Assembly: GCA_002104945.1 (NCBI GenBank)
Contig: MCFH01000008.1
Coordinates: 372,001-436,000 of the forward strand
Origin: Piromyces finnis finn
Lineage: Eukaryota; Fungi; Neocallimastigomycota
Direction of reading: 5' to 3'
DNA: 64,000 nt
Part shown: positions 27,663 to 44,248 of the stretch, in pieces
How the letters are laid out: every line of letters starts with the position of its first letter
Position numbering within the stretch: position 1 is the first letter of the stretch
Program-made: the position numbers and the translations under genes
The notes under the pieces: generated by a model
The model's database searches: none
What the model saw: the letters and a program-made list of their open reading frames with translations, nothing else
What the model was told of the DNA's origin: nothing

Positions 27663-28431
27663 TTTGAATATACTCATTACTCATTACCATAACTAGATTT
27701 AATTAATTATAATCTATCTTTTTTTATTTTTTAAATTATTACAATATATATATATAAAAAGGGAAATCAAAATCAGAACAAAAACAAAAATATTTATAAA
27801 TTATAATTATTAATATATATATTAATAATTTTTTTTTTATACTTATATATTTGTTTTATTTTTATTTTTATTTTTTTTCAATATTAATTCATGTTTAATA
27901 CTAATAATTGGGTTTCCTTTTTTTTTTATTTTTGAATAACTGTATTTTGTATAAGCTTTTTTTTAAAAATAAATATTAAAAAAAAAAAATAAAAAAAAAT
28001 ATAAAAATAATTTTTTTTTTTTTAAGAAAATAATATATAATTCAAAATATTTATAATAATTAAAAATAATTAAATATAATGATAAAATCAAAAAAATTGA
28101 AATATAATGAATATATAATTGAAATTAATTTAAAATTTTTTATGCTTTTTTTCTATAAATTATTGTACTACCTTTCGAATAAATTTATCCAATAAATTAT
28201 AAATTTTATTCCAATTTTAAAAAATTTAACAAAATAAAAAAAAAGTAATTATCTTGAAAGAAAAAGTATAAAATAAAACTATTTTCTCTTTTATTTTTCA
28301 TTTTTCTTGTTATTTAAAATTTCAGTATTATTATAATAAAATAATAAATATATCAAAAAATAATATAAAGAATATCACACATATAACACATATAGTAAAT
28401 TATTGTAATAAAAAAAAAAAAAAAAATTAAC

Positions 28432-31400
28432 ATGGATTTAAATCAAATCATTCACCCTCCAAAAAGAATACGAAGAAATCACATTCCATTTAAAATAACA
28501 AAAAATCATAAAAATTCATTATACAATATTAAAAAATTAACTTTCCCTTCTTTTTATCCTACTATTCCTCAAAAAACACAAAATAACAGTTCCATTACTA
28601 CAATAAATTTTAAGTCTCAAATTTTTATTTTACCTAATGAAATCTTAGTTCAAATATTTAACTATTTAAATGGTAATGAAAATTTTATAATATTAATAAA
28701 TAGTTAAAATAATTCTCTAAACTATTTTATTTTTAATTAATATATAATAATAAATTTTAAAGAAAAAGATATTTTTCAGTTGTTTCAAGTTAATAAATGG
28801 TTCTATAATTTTCTAACTCATGAAAAGTTAATATGGATCCATCTTTATGAAACTATTATTGATCGTTTAAATTATGAAGATAGAGAGTTAATTCACGTTA
28901 ACGAAATTCCAAATTTTAATCATATATTTAAAATGCTTAATGATATTCATAGCACATCCTCTCATCAACCTAGATTACAAAATGATGATCAACAAGTTGC
29001 TACACTAGAAGAAGATAGACCAACAACACCTCTTATTACAGATCCATTTCTTATTGATAATTTTGAAGAATTTGATGATCATGAATATGATCGTCTTATT
29101 ATCGATATAAATAGAGATGTTCTTTTAAACGATTTGGAAAACTATGATAATTCATTAATAACAACTATAGATCGTGTACAACCTCATTTAGTAATTTTTA
29201 ATTTACCAGAACGACAAAAAAATATATTAAGCTTTGATATCACTAATTTCCATAAACTTTCGTATATGAATTGCAGAGTATCTATCATATAAATAATATA
29301 ATATTTAATATAATTTTTTTTATAATTTTTTTTACTAATAATAATTTTTATAAATTTTTAAATATTTATTAAATATATATATATTAAAAGACACAGGTAT
29401 AATAGTATTAAATAATTTTTTATAAAATTATATATCTATAAATGTTTAAAAAGGAAGTAATTTATTTATTTTTATAATAGTTTATTTATACATATTATTA
29501 TTATTATAGGATGAATTTTTGTGGATTATGTAAAAAAGTATTTCCATATCCTTTAACTGGTATAAAAGTTTGGACCATTCGTCTATGTTCATTTTGTGCT
29601 TTTAAAAATATAATATCTAGAAAGGTAGTTATAAATTATAATAGCAATTTCATAAAAATTATATATATATATTAAATTTTTTCTTTTAATATTAATTTAA
29701 TAAAGGTTTTGAAAGAGGATTATTTGTTAAAATCAAATGATATTAAAAGACTTACAGTAATATACCAAATAATATATTTATAATTTATACTCTTTTTATT
29801 TAAAATAAAAATAATAAAAAAAATATAAAATAATTTTAATATATATATTGATTTTTTTTTAAAATTATTTAAAATTAGCCATGGTTATGTAGTATTAATT
29901 ATAATTTAGATAATGATAAAAAATATAAAAATAAATATTATGGATTCAGACTTAAAAATGATAAAGTGGAAAACATTAAAAAATATATTATATTAGAGTA
30001 AGCTATAATATTTATTTTTTTATTTATTTACTAAATTTCTTTTTAACATTTATATTTAAAAATTCTCATCATTGTAGATTTTATTTTAAACCTCAGGTTG
30101 ATTTGTTAATTAATGAAAAGCATAACAATACATATAAAAAAGAAAATTTTGAAAGAAGTATTAATGACTATAAAAATAAATTAATTCAAATAACTAAAAA
30201 TTTAAAAAAAACAAATGATGAAACTAAAAGAAGAAGAGAATATGAATTAAATAAACTTATTCAATCTAATATTCCTAATCTTCAACAAAAATTCGACTTA
30301 ACCAATCTTCCATATAAGCTCTACTCTTGTATTCAATTTTATTTAACCAAAGGTACTAATTCCATTTGTTATTGTCCTCATACACATCCTATGGAATTTA
30401 TGTGCTTATCAGATGAAAACGCTATTGAATATGAAATTAGAAATAGTTATCTGAATCTTTTTGAGGATTATCAATACTTAAAATTAATTGATATTCTTAA
30501 AATGGTAAAAATTCATTATCAAAATACAGAAATATGGAACACAATATTTCGAACCTTAAAATACACCTATCATATTTCTTTTGAAGAATGTCAGAATTGC
30601 TTTCTATTTCATTTTTGGATCATGGAATTTCAAAAAATATCTTATTTACTATCAAAAAATGAAATTCATCAATACATTGATGAATCCATTCATAACATTG
30701 TCAAAATTAAAGAAACTGAAGAAAAGATTAATGAATCCATAAGGTATTTACATAAATATATATATATGAAAAAATTTTGAAAAAAAATAATAAAAATTAT
30801 AATAATAATAAATTGTATTGGTTTAATTATTTTTAGAGTTTCTTGGAATAAAAATATTAATTTCTTAATTGAAAAGAAATTCTATAAAAAATGTAATGCA
30901 ACTAATTATGAAAAATTTCGAAATGATGCCAAAAAGAAATTTTTAAAAGATAATAAAAATAGATTTGATGACATTCCATTTTTGATTGTAGAAGCAAAAA
31001 ATATGGGAGAAGATTATATAAATTGTTTAAAATATTGTAATATACTCTTTATTTACATATAATTTTCAATATATATATATATATTTAATAATTATTTTTT
31101 TTATTTTTTATTATTATTATTATGATTAGATGTATATAAAAAAGAAAAATTACCAAAGTTAAATTCACTTGTTTACCAAAATTATATTAATGAAAAAATT
31201 GATAAACTACCCATTAAAATAAAAAATGAAATTTATAATAATATAATGAATGAAAATGGTGACAAGGAATTAAAAGAAATTTATTACGACTATATTTATG
31301 ATAAAAAAAGCAATTGTGTTAATCATTCTTCTATTTGTTTGGTATAAAAAAAAATTAAATATATTATATAATCAAATTTAATAATACTTTTTTTTTTTTC

Positions 31401-33066
31401 TTGTATTAATTATTAATTATTTTTTTCTTTAAACAAAAAAAAAAAAAAATACTATTAAATAGGATGCTGCCATTAATGACTTGCAAATTAGATATAAGAT
31501 TATTTCTGAAGAAAAGAAATTAAATAATGAATTAAAATTCTGGTTTGGAGAAAATTTTATTGGATATGATTCATTACAAACAGAAGTTTCAAAAAAAGCA
31601 TATAAAGATTATATATTTACTACATCAAGTAATACTTGATTTTTTATATATATTTAAATAGTTAATAAAGAAAATTAATAGAAAAAAATTTATACTAATT
31701 TATTTCTTTTTCTTTAATAAGTTTCAAATGAATATACTGAATTTGATAAAAAGCATTTTCATATATTGGGTTATATGTTATATAAAATTGAATTGTTGAA
31801 TGATATATTACAAAGACTTCTTCCTAATTTTAACATTGATGATATGTCGGATGAATGCTTAGAAATTTATAATAATTATATTGGGAATTATGATAGTTAT
31901 TTAGGGAAGCTTGACAATGAAAATTATATTTGTGAAAAAAACTATTTTATTTTTTGTATGAATGATTATAATCATTGCCAAGAATATATAACACTATCTA
32001 GCTATATGCAATATCCCTATTCTCAACTATCATTTATAACTAATGATAATATAAATAAATCACATTTTGAATGCTTTCATGAATATCTTATTTTAAATGA
32101 ATTTGAAGAAGAAGAGTTAAATAAAACATTAGATTCAATATTAAAATTAGAATCTATAAAAAATCAAAGGTATTTTATAATAATAATTAAAAATACATAT
32201 TAACGCATTTATTTTAATGATTAATAATTTCACTAAATATTGATACCAACGTATGTCCTTATATTAAAGAATCAAATATGTTTTAGAATTAATTAAAAAA
32301 GAAGGGGAAAAATTTAGTGGTTATTGTAAAAGAAACTTTTATGAAAATTCCCTAAGAATTACAAGTCCAAAAAATATAAAAAAATATATTGAAAATCCAA
32401 CAAAAGAACATATAAAGGTAAACAATAATATAAATTATTAAATAATATTTGATTCTTGTTTGAAATTCAAAATTAATTTTTTTTTAATTTTATTTAAAAA
32501 ATCTTATAGATACTAAAATGGATTTATTGTAAGGTAAAGTATTAAAAATAAGAAATTCTATATATCTATATATATATTGTTTAATACTTAATGATTATAT
32601 TTTTTATTCATTATTATATATACATAGAAGAATGGTTTAAAATCAGACATAGAGTCAATTTTTAATGATATTAGAATAAAAGAAATCAAACATCAAAAAG
32701 AATCAAAAATTAAAGATATGCTTCGTAATAATGTTATATTTCAAGATTTATTTATAGATGCATATCAACGATATGATTTTATTCATAGTTTTTGGATGGA
32801 TATAATTTTTAAGTAAGTATAAAATAATTAATATATTGAATATAATTATTATAACTATAATAATAAAATTAAATTTGCTTATTTAATAATATATATATAC
32901 AAGTGTATGTGAAGAATATCAACAATACATCAATAATTCGGACTGTTATTTGAATGAAAAGCAAATAATATCAAAGTTAAATTTCCTGGTATATCAATTT
33001 TTTAATGGTCACATTTTATGTGGAAATATTTTAATGATCTATAAATACTTTTATAAAACACAATAA
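28432..33066 (+). CDS. Multi-exon F-box protein with CxxC..CxxC/XPA-like module and long helical C-terminus
   Basis: F-box ILPNEILVQIFNYLN|EKDIFQLFQVNKWF spans intron 28673-28762. Later exons give FCGLCKK..RLCSFC..ISRK|VLKEDYLLKSNDIKRL..FYFKPQV. Track ORFs 28432, 28780, 30103 and 31766 join through GT-AG introns to a stop at 33064-33066. Some internal boundaries (for example a 6-nt micro-exon at 29391-29396) are tentative. Confidence 0.72.
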
Positions 33067-33438
33067 ATTATCAAAGCATAATAAATCAAAATTCTTTTTA
33101 CCTTTGTATTTAAATTTTTCGATTATTTTTATTTCCTTTTTTTTTTTATTATTGCTATAAATTAAATTTTAATTTTAAATTATTATGAATATTTTATTCC
33201 TTAAATAAAATTTTGTGCAACTTTTTTTTTTTTTAAATTATTTATTATTACATAACTAAACTATTAAAAGAAAAAAACTTTTAAAAATAAAAAATAAAAT
33301 ATATGAAAAATAGCTTCTATGCATAAGCATAAATCTTAAATAAAATTCAATTAAAAAAATAATAATAAATAAATTAAAATTTCATATTTATATATAAATA
33401 TAAAATTTGAAAAATAGTTTTCCTTCTAATTATATAAT

Positions 33439-33994
33439 ATGATTAATATTTCTAAATTATTCATAAAAAATGGAAAACCAATTAAATTTAAAATATCAAA
33501 TGATATAAAGAGCCCAAGACGTTCACAATTCGAACAAAGAATTATGGTATAGTTTTATGTTCATTTACTTTAGTAAATATATATATTCTTTATACTCAAA
33601 AGGTTTTTAATCATTAAAATTAATGTCTAATATAAAATACACACATCACATTTAAAGCAATGTGGTGGTGAAGTAACGGATAGTGATGATAATGCAGATA
33701 TGAAACTATACGATCCAGAAAAACACACATCATCACCAAACAGTTATTCATTGAAATTTGTTATTGATAGTTTTTTCTGGGAAAAAATGCAGGATAAAAA
33801 AAAATATGAGATTAAATGTAGTGATAATAAATCTCAACCAGCTTCGTCAAGTAAATCGATTGATACAATTCTTAATAGCATAAAATATGTAAAGGGTTCT
33901 AAAAGTGCACAAAGGTAATCATAAATGAAATTTCATTCAAGAATATTAAATTACGAATAAAACCTTCAATAAAAAAATGATATTTTATTAAAAA

Positions 33995-34034
<40 letters not shown>

Positions 34035-36308
34035 ACCTTATACAAAGAAAGATGATGAAATATTGATTTCTTATGTGAATAATAGTAATTTACCAACATC
34101 AGGAAAAACGTTATATAAAAATATGGAGAGAGAAGTAAATAAATATCTGAATATTAGTTATAAAATAAATTAAAATTAAAATTTATTAACTATAATTATA
34201 AATTATTGATTTTAATTAGTATCCTCAACATACCTGGCAATCATGGAGAAATAGGTGGATGAGAATACTTGAACCACGAATTAAAAATAGAAAGGAAGCC
34301 ATCCACATAAAAAATGGAAATAATAACGATGATGATAAATTAAAGAAAATATATGAAACTACTAGAGAAATAAATAATAATAATAATGGTATTATTAGTA
34401 ATAAAAGTTAGTTTATTAATTAATAGCTTAATATTAATATGTTGTATCAATATAATATTAATATATTAAAAGAAAGTGATAATCAAGATGTTAATTTATC
34501 CTTTGAAAAAAGAAAAAAAAGAGTATTATCCGCATTTAGTCATTTTAGTGATGGTATATAATCAATAATGTCTATTATATAAACTAATATTTATATATAT
34601 TAATTCTAAATATATTCTAAATAATTTATATATATATATTTAAAAATCATTATTAGATGATTTTTACAATGAAAATGATAGGAAAAAACGAAAGGTTAAT
34701 TCCATCTTAAATGAATTAAGTAATGACTCAAACACTGATTTTGATGACGATAACGAAATTGAAAATAATAGTCATAAAACCACAAATAAAATAAAAGAAA
34801 AACTTATAAATACTAATAATAATGATAAGAATAATAAATCTGATTTCATTGATTCAATAAATTCAAAGGAGAAATATACAGTTGACGAAAATAATGATTC
34901 CAAGAAAATTTTAGATCATGTAAAATATAATACTCAGTCTAATAATAAAAGTAATGATATAAGGGAATCTAATATTCTTTCTAATGAGAAAAATAAAGAC
35001 AGAAATAATAATGAAAAAAGTAAAGAAAGCAATAATATTCATAATATTATTAATAAAAATCACAACAAAAATGATAAGAATAATTGTGAAGATTCAAATT
35101 TTATAAATTTTGGATATAATAAAATATTAGAGGAAGACATTAATGATGATATAGAAAATAGTGATACTAATAGTTTTCCATTATGTAGCCAAGATATGAA
35201 TGTATATAATAATTTGCCAACGCATAAGCTTAATGAAAATAATAAAAACAATAATTCAAATAATGAAACCTTTTATATACCATTAACAGAAATTTCCTTT
35301 AAAATTAATAAACCTACAGCCATGTTTCAGTCAAATCAAGATATAAAAAATGCTGCACATGATAAAAAAGAAAAAAATGATCACTCCTTTGGTATAAACA
35401 ACAAAATTGAAAAGGATTTTGATGATTTCAATTTTGAAAATTTGGCCAGTCAACCTATAACAAATAATTATGAAATATTAGAAAAACATGGTGATAATTA
35501 TACAAATATTACTAATGAAAATAACACCAATGGCAGTGACTATAATAATAATGAAAATAAGATTACTGGTCATGAACATTCACTGAGTATTATTCCAAAT
35601 ATCATAAAAAAAGCCAAATTAAAAAATAAAACTGAAAATATTTTCGAAAATAATGATAACAGTAAAAGTCATTTTAATGATTTATCTGATTTGATTGAAA
35701 ACAGTATAGTATTTAGTGATGATGATGATGACGATGGTACAATATTCCATCCAAAAATTATTGGAAATAAAAATCAATATAACGTTTCTAAAATATTTGG
35801 AGAAGATCAAAAAAACAATATAAATAAATATGAAAAAAATGAAAGTATAATTAACAAGAATTTAAAGGAGAATTCTGAATTAGAAAAAAATAATACATTC
35901 CATAACAGTTTAAATGAAAATAATTTATCAAAGAATAGTAGCGTTTCATTAAATGACAAATCAAAAAATAAAGGCAATAATGATTCATCAGATAGTATTA
36001 TAAATAATAAACAGAAAGGCATGGATTCCAATGAAAAGCAAATGAAGGATATATCAATAAATGATATAAATAAAAATAAAATATTAAACGAAAACTCAAA
36101 AAGTAAACAAGAAAATAATATAAATATCAAGTCAAAAGAAGACAATGATAATAAAGAAAATAATATAAATGAAAATCAATACAATCAAGAAAATGATTCC
36201 ACTAAATCTTTTGACTCTAATTATTCTTTCGAGAATAATTCCTTTCCATTCATAGATAATAATCTGTTTTTAAGTCAGCCTTCAAATATACAAGATGAAT
36301 TATTTTAA
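33439..36308 (+). CDS. RAP1: Telomere protein Rap1 (BRCT + Myb domain, long Asn-rich acidic tail); exons 33439-33546, 33658-33914, 34032-34134, 34220-34406, 34473-34554, 34657-36308
   Basis: N-terminal BRCT-like LFIKNGKPIKF..RIM|QCGGEV..YSLKFVIDSF. Rap1-type Myb R|IPYTKKDDEILISYV..SGKTLYKNMERE|YPQHTWQSWRNRWMRIL matches the TERF2IP/Rap1 pattern. Last exon is open from 34657 to 36308. Confidence 0.82.
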
Positions 36309-36884
36309 AAATTCAGACTTTAATGATAAAAAATATACCTCTTTTTTTTTTTTTTTTTATCATCTACTATCAAGAAATTTAAAATTTAAAATATAACATA
36401 TACCTTATTAACTTATTTCTTAATTATATATTTTACTACATATTTATTAATAACAATTCATAAAGTGATTTATTTCTTAATCATTTTATTTATTTATTTA
36501 TTTATCTATTTATTTATTTATTTACTTATTTATTTATTTATTTATTTATTTAATATATATTATTAAATAATATTATATAATGATATAATGATATAATGAT
36601 TCATTATTCTATGTTTATGTAATTTAACTTATGTTTTAATAAATTGTATATATATATATTTCAAATATTATTATTATTTATTCTTAATATTCTAATAATA
36701 TATTAGTGATTTTATTATTGATATCTTTTTTTTTTCCTATTTTTGTTTTTGTGTATTTTTTTTACATTGCGTTTTACAAATATATTATTAATATTATTTA
36801 ATTTCTATATTATATATAAAAAAAAAGGTATGGATATAGACAAATAGCTTCTATTATAAATTATCAGTTGATAATTTTAACTAC

Positions 36885-38671
36885 TTAATGGGTTTTGTTG
36901 TATTCTTCAATTTCTCTTTGACATTTAGTGCAATGACATTCAAATAAATAATATTCTCTTAAGTAAGAACGACGATCTTCCCCTGGAATTTCTTCACCTT
37001 CTTCTTCTTCTTCTTCATTGTTATTACTGGAAGAACATCCAGCTTCTTCATATGCATTAGAGGATGAGCATCCGGCTTCACATCCTTGACAACATCCATC
37101 GCAACCTTCACATCCATCACATTCTTCGCATTCTTCGCAATCACAATCATCGCTTAAGTCAATGTATGAAATGGTAATTTCTTCACCCTTCTTAATTGGC
37201 TTTAAAGCAACAACTATTGTCAATTTGTATATACATTATTTAACATATAAAAAAAATAATCAATATATATATTATTAGAGATTAAGAATTAAATAATACA
37301 AAAATCCGTATTTACCTTGAACCTTATTATTATTAAATGGGAAACGGATTTGAGCATTTGGTTCACATGAATGATTAATGTGCTTATGTAAAGCATATAA
37401 ACCAGAACCTTCTAAATGGGTAAACATTCCTGATTCTTCTTCAATACCTTCTTCAAATTGATCTAAGTAATCTAAAGCATTTTCCTTTACAGATGAATCT
37501 GGTAAATCTCTAATGAATCTGCTATAATTTTCGAAGCTATTAATAAAAATATAATGTTAATATTATTAATTATCTAACAAATCACAATAATAATAATGTT
37601 TTTTTAACATACTTGCTTGTTCCGATACCCTTATATATTCAATTTTATTAAAATGCAAAAAAAAAAAAAAATACAGAAAATGTAAATATATATATTTCAT
37701 TATATTATACTTATTTATTTATTTCTTATTAAAGCATACTTGAGCATTTAAGCAAATTGTACATAATAAAGTTTGGAAAGATGACATAGTGAATAATTCT
37801 GGAATTCTTGGGTCATATAAAGCATCAACAATTAATTGATGAACATCTTTAATTCTTAAATAACATAAATAAAATTAATGAAAATAATGTTTTAGAATGT
37901 TTAGTTATTTTTTTTTATTTGTTTGGTTATTATTTTCATTGTTATTATTATTTATATCAAATTTTTATACAAACCTAGTTTCGAATTTTTCATCTAAGAA
38001 TTTTTGAATAATACCAATTTCTTGATTTTTCTTATCATTTTTAAATGAAAGAAATGGTGCCATAGCTTCTTCAGCTGAAACACCTTCATCAAGTTTATTT
38101 CTAATTATAGCAATAATTCTAGCAATTAAAATTGGAGTGGCTGATTCTGGTGGATAATGGAAGGACTTCCATAATTCTTCTAATCTATATTTTTTCATAA
38201 TATTCAAAATAATAATTATTAATTTCTTATTTCTTATTTCTTATCTATAATTCTCTTATATTAATTTAATAAATAAATAAATAAAAAATGTTTCTTTACT
38301 TTAATAATGGATGTTCTGGGTCACGACCATCAACATCTAAAAGATTTTGGAATTCCTTGTATGCCTTTTCTTTACATTCTATTTTTTAAATCAATTTTAT
38401 AATTATATAAATATAATATTTTTTCATTTATTTTCATAATTTTAAAGTAATATCATTACCTTCTGAACAATAAACTTCAAGTCCATTGTCATTAGTATAA
38501 ACATCACCTTGTGGATATTTTTCTTTATATTCAAAAATAAATGGGAGATTTGGAATTTCTGCACTTCCTGTAAATATTAATAATTGTTTATATATTGTGA
38601 ATTTAGTATATTTTTGATTTTATTTTCAAGGCGTTTTTTTTTTTTTTTATTTTACTAAAAATTGAATTTTA

Positions 38672-38714
<43 letters not shown>

Positions 38715-39263
38715 TATAGTGATTATTAATCAAAAAAAAATTACCAGAAAGACGTTGTAACATATTTTCTGGTTCTTCTAAAGATTTCTAAAAAAAAAAA
38801 ATAAATCGTAATTAATAATAACATAATAAAATGACAATAATAGAAAAGTTTTTTTTTTATAAATAATTAAAAAAAAAAAAATTAGATTCATTTATTTATA
38901 ACAATATATATAAATCTTATCTATCAAATTATCAAATAATATTATATTTTTACCATACAGTAGGAACAACCAGGGAAATATTGTCTATTGTAAAGGAATT
39001 GACATGAAACTGTTTATAATAATTCACGTAATTAATTAATACATTTTAATATTGATAATGATAATGTTTTTAAACTAATTTATATCATTTTTCTTTCAGT
39101 ATTTATATTTCATTTTGTCAAATTTCTAGAATATATTAATATATGAAAACTAACCAATTGGTTCTTCAATAAAAATTTCTTCTTCTGGAACGAAATCTTT
39201 TAAGGCTTTTAAACCTCTTTCCTTTTCATTACTTATCCAACTAACCTCAACGTTAGAAGTCAT
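36885..39263 (-). CDS. SMYD5: SET-MYND lysine methyltransferase, SMYD5 orthologue (multi-exon)
   Basis: N-SET KGRGLKALKDF..FIEEP; CSYCM|KSLEEPENMLQRLSG; WKSFHYPPESAT (SMYD5-typical); EGSGLY..INHSCEPN; GEEITISY; post-SET YLFECHCTKC. Confidence 0.88.
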
Positions 39264-40105
39264 CCTTTTAATAAATGTTATAATACAATAAAAAGTGTAT
39301 TTTTTATTAATATAATATTAATGATATAGTTATTATCAAATATATTGAAAGTTGATATGAAATAATGTTTTTAATGATGAAATATTTTGATATGGCATTA
39401 TTAATACCTTTCTAAAATAATAAATGTTTTTTAATATTATTTTAACTTTCTTATTAATAATTACTTTTAATTATAAAAAGTGTACTTCAATTTTTTTTTT
39501 AAAGATTTGATTAATAACATATTTTCAACCAATCATTTCTATGTTAGGATTTCACAAAAAAACTTTAAAATTTTATAATTTCTTTGGTAATTCAAGAATT
39601 CAAGAATAATAATGTATAATTCAACTTAAAAGTTCTGAAACTTAAAGTTAAAAGTATACCTTTTAAGAATATCAAAAGTCAGGATTTTTTTTATTGCTAT
39701 TAATAATATATATTTAATCCAAAATATTAATATATATATAATAAAAAATAAAATATATTATGAAACACTATTTAATTATAATCAATATTTAAAGAAAAAT
39801 GGAAAATAATTCATTTTTAATAAATTAAATTTTATATAAAATTTTGCAGAAATTATATAAAAATTTCTGTATATCGTCCAAATTAAACCATAAAATTTTA
39901 AAATATGAATTTTTAATTTTTATATAAAAGCTGCTGCTAATTTTTACTTTCAAAAAGTCTGAAATAAATAAATAACAATATCATATACATATAAAAATGA
40001 ATGCATTCCTATAAAAATATATAATGAAAAACCAAAGTTGAACATTATAATTTATATAAAATTTAAAAAAAAAAAAATAGCAACAAAATAAAACAATAAT
40101 ATTCA

Positions 40106-40165
<60 letters not shown>
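40106..40165. repeat. (AAT)n microsatellite just upstream of the PXA gene
   Basis: About 19 AAT units. Confidence 0.93.
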
Positions 40166-40207
40166 TACCAAGAAAAAAAACGGTATTTAAAGTAATTATT
40201 TTTCAAA

Positions 40208-43276
<3,069 letters not shown>

Positions 43277-43536
43277 AGTTAAATAATAATATTCAAAAAA
43301 AAAAAAAAAGAGAGAGAGAGAGAATACAATTATATATATATTTATACTAAAAATATTAATTTCATAAAAATTAAAACATTTAAATATTAAATATTTAAAA
43401 ATATAAAATATATGATAATTTAAATTATATAGGATTATTCTATTATATTTAAATTTGAAATATTGTTTTTTGTAAATTAAAAAAAATAATAATAATGGTA
43501 AAAATTAAAAGTCTAAATTAAAAAAAAAAAAATAAA

Positions 43537-43537
<1 letters not shown>

Positions 43538-43592
<55 letters not shown>
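43538..43592. repeat. (AAT)n microsatellite
   Basis: About 18 AAT units. Confidence 0.93.
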
Positions 43593-43593
<1 letters not shown>

Positions 43594-44248
43594 TGTAATT
43601 ATAATAATTATAATTATAGCATTCATTATTATATATGAATATTATAAATATATAAATCTATATATTTAAAAACCTTAATATTCAACAATAAATTGTTATT
43701 TATTAATAATAATAACCTATGAAAGAAAAACTATAAAATAATAAAATAAAATAAAATAAAAATATTAAAAAAAAAATATGTTTGATAAATTTGATGATGA
43801 TAATAGTATTAGTGTATTAGTGTACTACATAAATAATAATAATAACAATAATAATAATAATTACATTTGTGTATATCTTATTTTTTCGATGGGTTAATAC
43901 ACATTTTTTTCTTTTATATACAAAAATATAAATATTTTATTTATCACCATTTAGTTCTTAATTATTGATAATAAAAAACATTTATTGTTATATTAATAAA
44001 ACATTTCAATAGTATATTTTTATGTAATATTATAAAATAATTATAGTTCTCAAAACTATTTTGGTAAAATATAATATCTACTAATTATTAAAAAATTAAT
44101 GAAATAGAAAAAACTTTTTGAGGAAATATATAAAGTATAAATTTTCGAAATTAATTTTTATAATTAAAAATAAAAAAGAAAAAGAGAGTAGTTTATAAAG
44201 ATAATATCCTAATAGTCATTAATATCGAATAAAGCTTTTATGATCTTC

